64,000 nt of DNA from assembly GCA_030704615.1 (NCBI GenBank), contig CM060734.1, positions 21,700,001 to 21,764,000 of the forward strand, written 5' to 3'. This stretch comes from Takakia lepidozioides (Eukaryota > Plantae > Bryophyta). The position numbers and the translations under genes are program-made. Below are positions 1 to 12,083 of this stretch, piece by piece; the stretch's first letter is position 1, and every line of letters starts with the position of its first letter. The notes beneath the pieces were generated by a model. It searched no databases, was not told the origin of the DNA, and saw only the letters and a program-made list of their open reading frames with translations.

Positions 1-613
1 ACAGGCACCGCATCTTGCCAGTTACAGCTGGCCGCACTGCAGGGCGCTACCTAGTACGTAGTAAGTATGTTGTAATCATGAAGTTTATCTAAACATGTGT
101 GGCATAGATTTGTACACACAAACTGTTTGCTACATCCCTGTGGAAGTGTCAGAATAAATCATTTCTTTGATTTCAACAAATTGCTTAGCATCTCGGTACT
201 TAAATTCAAATCAGATCTTACCATTGGGACTACTTTGGAACCAATCTTTCTATCTAAGCAAAAACTAGACTAATCAATCCTACTTCAGTTACCGGTGGGG
301 GCAAATTTCTGCCCCCCCCTTCTCTTTGTCATCTTTGTGCTTTGAGTGATCAATTGTTTCTTTCTTTGTTCCTTTGCTTCACTGGTCTGGTCTAAAATCT
401 GTCAGCTGTATGCAGCTTGGAAGAGTATCAACTGCAACAAAGTGGTTTCATTTGTTAAATCTGGAAGCAGGGAGGATCTGGAATCAGTGTCCAGTATGGG
501 CTATCCTTAGATCTCTCACCCTCTGGCATCTGTGGAAGGTTCGGTTTGCAAAGGTGTATGATAGGAAGTCGCCCTGCCTTTCCCAAGTTCTGCATAACAT
601 ATATATATTGTAC

Positions 614-3600
614 TCATAAGGCGTTGTTTGCCGTAGCCTTGTGGCCATTGACCCCGCGCCCAGTTTGAGCGGGAACAAAAGGGACAGAACCTACCTCTGT
701 CAGGGGCTGACGTTGGTAGTAAGACTTACCTCCATATAAAGAATCAATCCGGGTTTTCCAGATATCCTCTAGAAATCCCTTCACACAAGCATCAATCTGC
801 TGTGTGTGATTTGCCCAAAAACTAGGCCACAGGAGGGCCTGGGCTTTTGGCTCAGCCTCGAGACTTTCAAAGTTGGTAAACAGGGGTACAGGCACAATTC
901 CCTTAATAGATTTGAAGAGAGCGTCTCTTTGGTGAGAGAACCCCGGACAGTGTTGCTGTTCAAAGGTAGGCTTCCTGCCCTGAGTTTAAATTTCAGTCTA
1001 GTGCCGAGAGTGGGTAGACCCTTGAGGTCATCCAAGATGTCCTCCCCCATGTCACAGACTGGAAACAAGTTCAGGGAAGTTTTCTGCCTAACTTCATTTT
1101 CATCAGACAATCTCATGGCAACAGACATGGCTGAGGACACTACAGCCTCTAAGTCAGATTTATCCAGCAGGGTCAAGACTTGCGGATCCAGGTCCAGGTC
1201 CTTGAGGATCTCTTCTACTCTCTTCTGCCAGGACTTAGCCTGTTTGACAGGGCGGTCCTGTTTCCAAGATATAGAGTCGATTAATTTAGGATATCTGGTG
1301 TTGGGCATATGTTGCAGCTGACCCCACCATCTGACCTTGAATTCATCTCGTCGGGAGCTTAAGGACGGAATGCCAAACTCACCCCGAACAGCCACATTGG
1401 CTGTTTTGGAGCATGCTGACATACACTCCTTAAGCACCCCCACTTGAATGGATTCTAGAGACTTAGCCTGGTTGGAGTTATCAACCCATATAGCAGATCC
1501 GTACTCCAAGGCAGGTCTAATAACGCGGCAAAGCATGGTTTTCTTAACCTCAGAGTTGACCCCTCTGCAGTGGAAAAATTTAGTGAGCCCCAGAGCTTTG
1601 CCCTTGCCAGTTTGAACAACTTTCCGGATATGTGCATCCCAATTACAATTGGAGGAGAACTCAACGCCCAGGTAAGTGTAGGAAGGGAGGACCGGGATCT
1701 CTTGGCTACCCCACTGCCACTTAAGATCACTTCCTCCCTCTCCTCTGTCGTTGAATGCTACCACTGCACATTTGCTGACATTAGCCTCTAGCCCCCAAAG
1801 ATCAAAGTATCTCTTCGTGCAATCAATCAACTCCTGGAGATTGGTTGGAGTCTCCCCTATGCCTGCGAAGTCATCCGCAAACATAAGGGCTGGTATGGTG
1901 GTATCACCCACCCTTAACCCAAATCCATCACTTTCCACATCCTCTTCTCTGTCACCCTTCTTGTATAGATTGACAATGACCCCCTGTCGCCAGCGAAAGG
2001 GGATCATTTCAGTCTTCCAGATGAGGTTAAAGAGGAGAACTAGGGCCTCTATCATGGGATCGCCACCGTGCTTGATAAGCTCGTTGACAATACCATCAGG
2101 TCCACCAGCTTTATATCCATTTAAATGTTCAATTGCTTCCACAATCTCAGAAGAACTAATGGGAGCATTATAAGCCATTGAAATATACTCCAGTTCATCA
2201 GGGCTGTTTTGAATCATAGGAACAGTTTTTCCAACTGTGTCCCTCCATTCAGCAGAAGACCCCTCACTGTTAGACCTAGAAGTTCTGCCAAGGATACTGT
2301 AGTGAGTTTCAAAGGTTTTGACAATGTCAACCGATGAAGTCACCACTGCACCTTTAGTAGTCTTCAGCGCTTGTACTTGCTGACCGTTTTTTCGGTTTGT
2401 ACAAACGTTGAAGGGCCAACCAGAATTTCTTGTCATTACCACCATGGTGGTTTGAGTTTATTTCACTGTATAACTTGTCCCAGTATAATTTCTTCTGAGA
2501 CCTAACAAGCTGATTGATATCTTTACGGAGCTGGTAGTACCTCGCCCACAATTCTCTGTTGGTTTCCAAATTGCAGCACTCTTTATAGAGGGCTCGTCTC
2601 TCAGCTATCTTGAGTTTAATCTCATTAGTCCACCAATTAACTGCTCTACCGCAGACAATTAGTTTCCTCCCAATGATCTTGTCAGCCACGGAGGAAACGA
2701 AACTCTCCCAAGAGTCCACTGCTCTTTCGACTTCATTTCTTGCGTTAACAGAGCGTGACTGAAGTTCTTGGAGCGATTGGACAAAATGAGGGAGAGCCTC
2801 TTGCAAGGCCTGGACGAACTCAGCCTTGACCTCCTCATTGTGGAATTTTTCTATGCGCCACTTCCGAATCGAACGTTTCACAGATCTCTTGGTGATGGGA
2901 AAACACCTTTTGATCTCAGTCCAAACCAGGAAGTGGTCTGAGGTACCAATATCAGTTCTGTCGATCAACACATTGGCACACTGGGGGAACAAAATTTTGT
3001 CCATTATGATATAGTCCACAATGGAACGTTCCCCAGTTTGGGGTTTCTCACGAGTCCACTGCACTTGGTCACCTCTTGTCCTGTTATTCAAGGTCAAAAG
3101 CTGAAGCTCTTCTAGACAGTTAATTAACCGTCTGCCATTAGAATTCAGGTCTTCCTCACCAAAAGGTCCAATGATATCGTCCTGATGGATCCCTTTGCCC
3201 ACCCGGGCATTGAAGTCCCCCAATAGTACCACCTGACCTATGGCAAGGAACGAAGCACAGTCCAGCTTTACATCTTCGAAGGCCTTGTCTGCGTCAGCAC
3301 TAAGGGTCCCCTCTGTGGGCATGTAAACACAACCAACAAAGAGGTCCTTTGTACTCATGCCGCCCTTCAAATTCAGTTTTAGCCAGATACTATGCTCGTA
3401 CCTCAAACCCTTGTTGATAATTTCACAATTGTCAAACAAGAAATCACGGACAAAGAATCCGACCCCTTTTTGACCGCGTTTGGCAGAGGCTGCCTTGAGA
3501 GTACACATCTTACCTGCCCATTTATAACCAATGACATCTCCAACCAGTTTATCCGACGTTTCCCATGTTTCCTGCCCAGCACAGATATGAATATCATTAG

Positions 3601-4618
3601 TCCAAAGAACTTGGCCCACTTCAAGTTGTTTGGTCAACCCTGAGAAGTTGAAAGTGGCCAGCCGCAAGCCAGCCCTTTGCGTGTGAATTGTTTGTCGTCT
3701 AGGTAGCTTGTGATTGCTCCTGGACGGCCAACCGTTCTGCAAAGGGGTGACAGTTACCCCATGTGTAGATTTTGCTCGTCTTGTGTAAACTTTGAGAATT
3801 GGTAAACCATTCAGGGTACCAAATCTTTCAGTTACACGACGCACAGGCTCCGCACACATAGGGGCAGATTGTCCGTCAGACTGCTTGGAGACAATTACCC
3901 CGTGTATAGATTTTGCTCGTCTTGTGTAGACTTTGAGGATTGGTAAACCATTTAGAGTACCAAATCCTTCAGTTACACGACGTTCAGGCTCTGCACACTT
4001 AGGGACAGATTGTCCATCTGACGGCTTGGGGACAATTACCCCGTGTATAGAATTTGTTCGTCTTGTGTAAACCTTGAGGATTGGTAAACCATTCAGAGTA
4101 CCAAATCCTTCAGATTCAGGACGTTCAGGTTCCGTACACTTAGGGGCATCTTGTCCTTCTGGCTGTTTGGATTCAACCTCATCCAGAGCATCAAACCGAT
4201 TAGAAACTCTCAAGTTGAAGTTGTTGCCCTTGGTTGTCTTCCTAGAGCGCCCCATTGAATCACCAATGTCTAAGACAGCTCTCCAGCCAGTCAAGGGACG
4301 AACTTCTTGGAGATTGAATTGATGCGGGACTCTATTAGAAGCACTTTTGGTCATTGCAACCTTCAACGTACCCCTGTTATCAAGTCTCGAGATGGTACCA
4401 TTAGCCATGAAATCCAAGCCTAAGCTAGAGCATGTAGTTTTAAAGGACACATCGTCCATCCTGGGATTCACCCCAAAAACTACACATGAAGCCCTAGATT
4501 TGGCATAAGTAACCAATTCCCAGGGATCACCCTGAGGAGTGTTGATGTTGATAGGAGCTAAATTTTTGATTGTTTTCGCAGGCCATAAGTTTAAGCACAG
4601 GAACCAACCCGAGCCCAA
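614..4618 (-). pseudogene. LINE ORF (N-terminal repeats + APE endonuclease + RT), frameshifted and internally deleted
   Basis: ORFs 2354-4618 (APE), 781-2445 (RT) and 614-895 (C-terminus FLEDIWKTR) are linked by frameshifts at the T6 run ~2387-2392 and at ~900. The RT jumps from KKGDREE straight to ...LMFADD near 1940. Confidence 0.88.
3750..4160 (-). repeat. Three in-frame 141-bp (47-aa) tandem repeats in the LINE ORF N-terminus
   Basis: TTGGTAAACCATT recurs at 3799, 3940 and 4081. Peptide P(K/M)C.EP.R...E.FGTLNGLPILKVYTRR..S.HGV.V occurs three times. Confidence 0.95.
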
Positions 4619-5761
4619 GTGCCGAGTATGCTAGACAGAGCATACGACTGCCCAATTTGGGCGGAGGGGCTGCCCCCAAGCGGTAGGAGTCCGCTTGTTA
4701 CCATTCAGAGATCACACTCCAGGGAGTTGCAGGGAATGGCCCGTGTAGGCATATTCTAAAGAGGGAAAGGCCCCAAGCTTTCCAACTAAATCCAATGCAC
4801 TACCTTACCTGAAGCAAAGCGCTTCAGGTCGAAACAAACAAGGACACGAGGTCACAAGGCCGGCATTTAGTCACAGAGACATTAATGTACTCCCATTTCA
4901 AGTCCACCCAATGTCAATAGGCTTCCTAGAGGACAGGGAGAACATAACATATATATAGACCTACTAACAGAGGGCAGCATGGTGTGGGTGACATTGAATG
5001 CAGCTTTACTCCGATGTTCTCAAGACAAAAGGGCTAAATTCTTGGGAGCTTCGATCACTTCTGGGGACGGAGTGACATCCTTTGTACAAGAACAGGTTGT
5101 GACTGCAGGTTCCGAACAAGTGGACTCCCTCCCTTGCCAAATCTGTGGTAGGAGCACGAAGATGACATTAATTTGGAGGCACAGGAAAAATCGAAACACT
5201 AAGATAAAGGAGCATCTTATTTTCAAACAGCTTTACTCCGGAGTTGGCTCTTTTTCTAGGTGTTCTCTAGAAGGAGCTTCTCTTTCTCCCCTTTCGGTGG
5301 CAGGATCTTGGAAGGCATTGTTAGATCTTGAGGAGAGTTGTCAATCTCTGTTTTCCTGCAGGGTGGAGACGAGGATCGTTGGCTTGCTTTGTTTTAGTGA
5401 TCCTGTTGTTTGCTGACAGTTCCCCCCGTGTGGAGGTTTTCTTTGTCTCCCATGGAGTGTTGAATCATTCCAACTCCTGTTGCCCTCCCAGTGTGGGACA
5501 GGGTATGTTGACCCATCTTGTAAGCCTCATCATTCTCACAAGGTTAATTTTCCTTGTCCTTGTATGTTCAACTTATGATTCCTCAAAGTTCAAATGCATA
5601 TGATACTAATGTCAAAATCATTAAAACTTTTTCCAAAAAATAGTTAGGTTATTATTTTTAACATTGTATAAAGATGTTAATAGATGTTTAAAAAACAAAT
5701 AGAGAAAAACAATTTTTGAATTAAACGTTGGATTGGAACCAACTCCCTCCGCTCATGGCAC

Positions 5762-5803
5762 TTAACCCTTAACTGCCTATGCGACCCCAAATGGGTCGCG
5801 GCA
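5762..5803 (+). other. Possible lone piggyBac-like terminus
   Basis: TTAA|CCCTTAACTGCC followed by hairpin GCGACCC-caaat-GGGTCGC. No partner end or transposase recognised. Confidence 0.3.
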
Positions 5804-8800
5804 TGTGTGAAAAAAGCCAGTCGTGAGAAAAGCCAGTCATTTGTTCAGATTTTATTTTTTCCAAAAAGCATATTGGCAATTTTTATTTTTTATTTTTTAT
5901 TTTTTTGGCAATTATGTTTGTGACCAGATGGCCCACCCTCTTATGGTCCATATCTTACAATAAAACAAATTTCCCCAAACCAAAGGAGTTCTAATTTTAG
6001 TTCATTTTTCCTGAGCATGACACATAGTTGGCTGCTTACCTTAAATAGACATTACTGTTACCACCAGACTTTGCATGCAAACCTAATTATTTACTGCTTG
6101 CGCCTGTTAATAACAATTGCTTTAAGGCTATGGTGCAGCCCTTCTATTGGATGGCAATGAGGAGTGGGGCAAGCTTCTATGGTATACAACAGGGGTTGTT
6201 CAGAGAAGCAGTTGAGGCAAATTCAAAGTCAATGAAATAGAGCTCGCATAGTGGGGAGTACACTTGGCAAGGGGTCCATACAACGAGCAGTTTGTACGTG
6301 AACTTTGCCTACGTAGATAAGAAGGTAAATGCAATGCATCTCAATCTTCTTTGATGGTATGATCCGTTTAGAGGTACCCCAAACCTCTAGGTCGCAACCT
6401 AACGTTTCTGGTAAATCATTGCCACTGTTAAGAGTCAGCCATGCCTAGTCTCTCACACTTAGCACTCTCACCACATCTTATCCCCAAATTTATGGTCCAG
6501 AATTGTCATCACACATCTGTCTCCTCACGTCTAGTTTCGAAAGCAATTTTAGAATGTCTGGCGGATGACTGTGTGAACAATTGCTCTACTGATCCAAATT
6601 TCTTTAAATGGCCTTGGATAACATTGCAACAGTACTTCCATCAAAGCCCAAGCAATGACTCCTGAAAATCATTCAAGAATCTTTTAATTTTATCACAACA
6701 GCCCCACTTCAGAAACTCGACAGCAGGAATGAGAGCAGTAATGTGAATGCAAAAAAGGCTTTAAATCTCTGCTAGCCCATCTTCTATGGACAGGGAAACT
6801 TGAACTGTTCAACCTTTTTTTACAGACTTTAATCAAAATAATTCACTTTCAGAATTTTGAACAACAGACAATGATGCACTATTCAGTAGCTAGGTGCCGA
6901 GCAATACCCACTTAGTGGAGGATATGCTCAGCTTTACTTGCTACTGGGTTCCAACAATTGGCTACATAAAGATGTAAATCTAAATCTGTAGGAAAGCACT
7001 GAATCCGAACACTAATACATCCGACACAAAAAGGGCAACTGTTATCACCATCCTCTAAGTTCCTTGACTCTTTCAAGAAGTAAACTGTAGACTTTCTGCT
7101 TTTTCTTCATGGCTCTCTTGACCACACCAAGCTGTGTGCTTGCAAGTTCAGGCATCGCTCCTTTTGGCAGTTGCACCTGTTTATCTCGAGCTGCTCCAGA
7201 GTCATCGTTTACTTTCTGTTGGTTTTCTCCTGCCATATACAATGAGAACAGTTTCATATTCATCACGCCATTGTCAATTCCCTTGTACTCGTCGGTTTCC
7301 ATTCTTGCAATCTCATGCACTCTCGAATCAATGCAATTGGTGGCTCCCTTGAACTATATCTTGATCTCATCTAACCTTCAGATGCCAGATGAAGGAAGTT
7401 TTGGGTTGAGTATAAGCCACTAGCAAGGGAATAGCACAATGCATCAGACTTCAGAATGACAGAATGTGGATCACATAACTGGCTTTCTACTTGGACTTGT
7501 GAGTTGTTTACCAGGGGGCTTGTCTGATGGCTCTGATGATGCAATGGCGGGTGACGGGGGTGGAGTCAAAGAGCTCTTCTTAGCTCACTCAACGATGGTT
7601 GGTTTCCTCGCTTTCCTGCACTCTCCACTCCAGTAGACAACCTGTGGAAGGAGTTTGATGCCCCGCCTCTTTCTCCAGTTCTTGCAAAAGCAGGGCGCAC
7701 CATTGGCAGCTCCAACATCTTGGCACATGGCATCTCAATGGCACCTCTCTGCGAAGGAGAACATATTTTAATTGTTACAAAAGACGTCATGCCAACAAAA
7801 GCCGTTGGTTGATGCACAAGTTACAAGACACTTAAGTTAACCCTCAAGATCATGTATCAGCCGTAAGTCTACATGGTGTGCATGATAAGGGTTAGCAGAT
7901 TCATAAGCATATTTCTTGGTGTCCCAGATAGCATAGTCCATTTTGCATTTCCAGTCGCAAGAGGTGGAATCAGGCCACATTTGTGGTTCCTCGACTAGGT
8001 AAGTGAACCAGACTGGACCCAACAACAACAATCATAATTATCTTGGCCAGGCCAGACCAGCTGTAACAACAATGCAACATGGGACTAAACAGGTTGTGTC
8101 CAAAGCGAATGCATTGCTGAGAGTATATAGGTCTATGGTAAAATGTCTGGCAACTTGAAGAAAGTACAACCTCAAGCAATAGCAATATCAGAAGTTAGAA
8201 GGTAACCTTGGAGGCAGCTGGGAGACTCCACATATTTGTTTCCATATCCCACATTGATGAAGCACGCAAATCTCTTGATCTTCGCGCAATATGATTCGCC
8301 TTCTCCTACCGGAGGGATATCTAAACATGACAATGGAAAAGTAGGTTAGGAGGCGAGGGCCATGCTGGCAAACCTATAAACACTTAGCTCAATGGATAGT
8401 CCAATGCTAAAAATTTGGGGATTCCCACTAGGTATCTTGTTAATTTTCAGTTTAAATAATCGAGGAGTATTCTCAAATGCATCGAGCTCATGATCGGGAA
8501 GACTCCAAAATGACAATACCTAGAGTCCACCTCTGGCTTCATGGCCCGACAAATAACAAGATGTTGATAATAAAATACCGATAAGTGCATAATAGAAGAG
8601 AGAAAGAGAGAAGACTCCGGCCGAAGCTGCCGTAACTAAGAGCCACTTCGCCTCGCGGCTACTGCCCTTTTTTAGGGGTGGGCCCTATGTGAACAAAAAA
8701 CCAGTGTCCAGGGGACACCATGTAACCGACGGGAGGAAGGTACATGTGGGGCAATGGGTACCACTGGGTACACATGGTACCCTAGAAAGCAGGTTGGGGG

Positions 8801-8824
8801 GGGGGTGGTTTCTAGTTGTCTCTT

Positions 8825-9180
8825 TGTCAAGTTAAATAAGCACAGTGTGAAAACAACTAGAATAAAGCTAGTTATTTGTATTTAACACTTGGATTTAGGT
8901 CAAGTGTTAAATCAGGTGTCAAGTTTAGTTTGACACCTGAACCGCCTTATCTTCACGAGAGCGGCAGTCGCGCAGCTCATCTCTCTCGAGTTGAGCCTAC
9001 GCGACCGAGCTCCTGCATCTTTTAGGACTGAGTGTGCTTATGATGGGAGTACAAGTTGTTGTGGGGTGGAGTCCCCATAGCTTGGGGTGCCCCTGGCTCG
9101 ACTTCTGTTTTAACGAGTGATAGCGATGGATTTCATGTTGTTTCTGGTGTGAACAGTGTGTCTCTTAGCTTGTTCTATCA
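8825..9180 (+). repeat. Terminal repeat A1 (354 bp + CA)
   Basis: Near-identical to 20293-20646 (about 8 mismatches by eye). Ends ...TTCTATCA. Confidence 0.95.
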
Positions 9181-9195
9181 CTCGAGAGAGATGAG
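9180..9195 (+). promoter_or_regulatory. Putative self-priming primer-binding site
   Basis: ACTCGAGAGAGATGAG is the exact reverse complement of CTCATCTCTCTCGAGT (8976-8991) inside A1. No TGG-type tRNA PBS is present. Confidence 0.65.
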
Positions 9196-10279
9196 TTTGC
9201 ATCTGTGAGTGCAAGATGTGAGCTTAATTAGTTTTTAGCACTTGTGGGTTTTGTGTGAAGATGAGAGAGAAACACGAGGGTGCAATGGCAAGTTAGGCTT
9301 ATGTGTGTTGAAAGCGGTAACACGAAAGTGCATGGGTATTCTCCCTTTATAACGGTCACTGGCTGAGCGGCAGATTGAGAGCCGAGCATGGTGAAACGAT
9401 CAGCATTATTGTTGTCTCGCAAGGCTGGGATGCAAGCCTTCATTGTCTTGGTGGTTAGAAGCGGAGGTGCAGCTGGTTACGCGAGTAGGTGGACCGTGGT
9501 CTTCGACTTCAGCTGCAGAGATAAAAATACCATGCTATAGGTAATTCCTGAGCAGACTGATGGTTTCAGACCTGCACATAGTGAGCAGCCAAGGTGTTGG
9601 ACTGGTTGATGGGCTCATGTCTACAAGTCGTCGTGCCAATGTTATATCGGTATTGATGACAAACGATTTGGTGAAGTTGTTCATGGCATATATCATGGTG
9701 TGCAATCAGTAAAGACCGAGTTGAGAAGTTGGCTGGCTATCGTTGGTTTTCTTGGTCAGCGAGCAGGGACAGGCTGGCATGAAGGCAGATTGTGCCGTCG
9801 TTGGCTTTCATGTGGAATAGTTACAGCAGAACCGGTGGGAATATTTGTAGTCAAATAAGATCAACAAGCAAGTGAGGCTTGGTGATTATGCTTGAGGAAT
9901 TCGATCTTGGACTTGGACAGGTCTGTAATAATTTTTATAAAAAAATGAGCATGGATGAACTGGCCAAGTGGCGATGGTGTTGTCCTCGATTAGCTGTGGA
10001 TTGCAATAGGACAAGGAGAGCAAGAATAGGGTGATGAAGGGGTGCAGACAACGATACCTAGTTCCATCAAGGCTTGGTTAAGGTCTCCAGGCCTCTTTGC
10101 ATCCATCAACTGTGTGGCTAGAGCCCATAAAGCTTGACTATAGCTGATGTTTTGTTAGAAGATATGGCTCGTAGCCTGCAGAGAACACAAATAACATTGC
10201 CATCCACCACTGGGACTGCATGCTAGAAAGCCATGGAGGCGATGGCACCTGCCATGTAGTTGCCAGTGCAGAAGAGGTT

Positions 10280-10660
10280 GAGGGAGAAGCCATGAAGCAG
10301 CGTCAGCCACGGTAGTTTGATCATCATCCTTCAACAAGTCGCTACATTCAGTTTCAGGCACTGCAGCAACGAAGTTGTTAACGCGGGCCTCTTTTACAAC
10401 ATTCGGACAAAGGAGTGACTGATACATGCTCATGCCGACAGGCAAGTGAGTTGGCTGAATGGATATCTGTGTCGCCTGAAACGCAAAGTGCAGCTATATC
10501 GTCCTTACAAGTGACAACGGCTTGAGCTAGCCCACACACCTCGCACATCCACACACGCCAGCTTGTTTATGCCATGCACCTTGTCATCGCAACCTACACA
10601 CAAAAATGCTGCATCTGCCCTGCAGTACATAGCCATGCTTGACGCATGACAAGACGTGTT
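10280..10660 (-). pseudogene. Captured CONSTANS-like (COL/BBX) gene fragment: tandem B-boxes plus AASWLL motif
   Basis: [33 protein letters not shown], then after a small deletion and frameshift [49 protein letters not shown], then ...DAASWLLPQP. No CCT domain recognised. Confidence 0.85.
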
Positions 10661-11333
10661 TGTGGTAGCCAGGCTTCCTGAACGAGGGAGAAGGACGTCG
10701 GTGCACGTTTGAGGACAGACAATCCCTGCACAGCAACTCCCGAAGTTGAAGATTTCTCCAAAGAACGAGCAGCAATGGCCATAGTTACCAAAACGGCTGG
10801 TAGAGTTGTAACGACCATGCTTGCAAGATAGCATCTCGGATTTAACGAAACAGGTTCGGGATGAACTGACTCCCTTGTCATTCCTTCCAGGATTCTTGCT
10901 GTGAGTGAGATCTTCACATTCTATAAGGGAGGCCGGACGGAGTGGATCGTAGCCCAAGATATTTTCGTGCTGGGAGCTCAAAAATGTTGTTTATAGTGGA
11001 GAACTTAGAATTCGCAGGGAACCAGGGAACAGGGAACCAAGACGGATTATTGGAAATAGATTTTTCATTTGAATGACATATATTTTGTTTAAAGAGCCTG
11101 TTTGGCCATAACTTTGTCATACAAAGGCTGTTTGACCTCAAATTTGCGCGAGGACCTGCAGATTGTGGAAATCTACATATTCAGACCTGGTTTTAGTTTT
11201 TTGGACTCTGCTAAAAATCTATGGAATTTTTTTGAGTGTGAGTGTGTGGATGCTATGAAAGATCCACAATTCTGTTTCAGCTAGAACCTGTTGTGGTCTA
11301 CATGAGAGACAAGTTTGTGGATGTCCTCCTTGT

Positions 11334-12083
11334 ATGGCTGGGGGCAATGAGGACGTAATTGAAGGGCAGGTCTCTTCTCTTAGCCTATGCACACACGGAG
11401 ACAAGATTTATGTTTCTCAAGGAACTCAGACTGATTTGAGTGGAGAGCAGTTGGACGAGTTGATTGCATACTGGGAGTCAGGCATTAGCAATAGACAACA
11501 AACTGTTGTAGTTGGCGTTGAGGGCCTCAATATTGTTTTGGCCAGTTAGAACTCTGTTGGAGCAAGCAGTTCTACAGCTGTAGGTGAAATACCAAAGTGG
11601 GTGAAAGCTAGGCTTGGAACACAGCCAAAGACAGCCTCAAGGACCAAGGTGTTCAGCCACAAGGCCGTGGTGTACTGGAGCAAAGGAGCAGGAGCTGCAC
11701 AAGTTTGTGCAATCAGACATGGTTGCAGCCGGATACGCTCTGCACAAGGCAACCACAAGCGAGGGTTCATTAGCAATGACAAGTTTGTTTTGCTTGAAGG
11801 AGATGCAGTCATTCGCAATGAGGACACCCGCAACCGTCTCAAAGCTTTCGAGTTGAGAGACTATCAGACCCTACCTTTGTTTTCTTTAGTGTTCAATGAG
11901 CGGGAGATAGGGGAGTATTGCTTTGTCTCTACCTGGCAGAAAGAGGAGGAGGGTTGGTTAGAGCGAGCTACTATAGCTTGGGACAAGGTTAGTGGCAGGT
12001 TTCTGGACATAGATATACCTCCTACACCTTACCATCATGCAGAGCGAGGCACTTTGAGAGAAGTCTGGCAGTTGATAGCATAG
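11334..12083 (+). pseudogene. Unknown accessory ORF0 (~249 codons, one in-frame TAG) upstream of gag
   Basis: ORFs 11334-11549 and 11601-12083 are in the same frame and separated only by TAG at 11547-11549. Same strand as gag-pol. No family recognised. Confidence 0.55.

Larger units (their letters stand above)
608..4942 (-). mobile_element. Non-LTR retrotransposon (LINE, APE+RT; RTE/RTEX-like by inference), defective, bounded by 15-bp TSD
   Basis: Direct repeat CATAACATATATATA at 593-607 and 4943-4957. APE motifs (LATFN, GQET, GCVYMP, LLGDFNARVG, SIVDYI, SDHFLV) and RT motifs (GGPDGI..ELIK, WRQGVIVNLYKKGD, LMFADD, YTYLGV). Confidence 0.9.

Noticed and set aside
300-5500. Host gene interrupted by the LINE (minus-strand exon-like DNA at ~300-590 and 5000-5500)
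   Set aside because: The frames I checked contain stops and no domain is recognisable, so a gene call is not supported.
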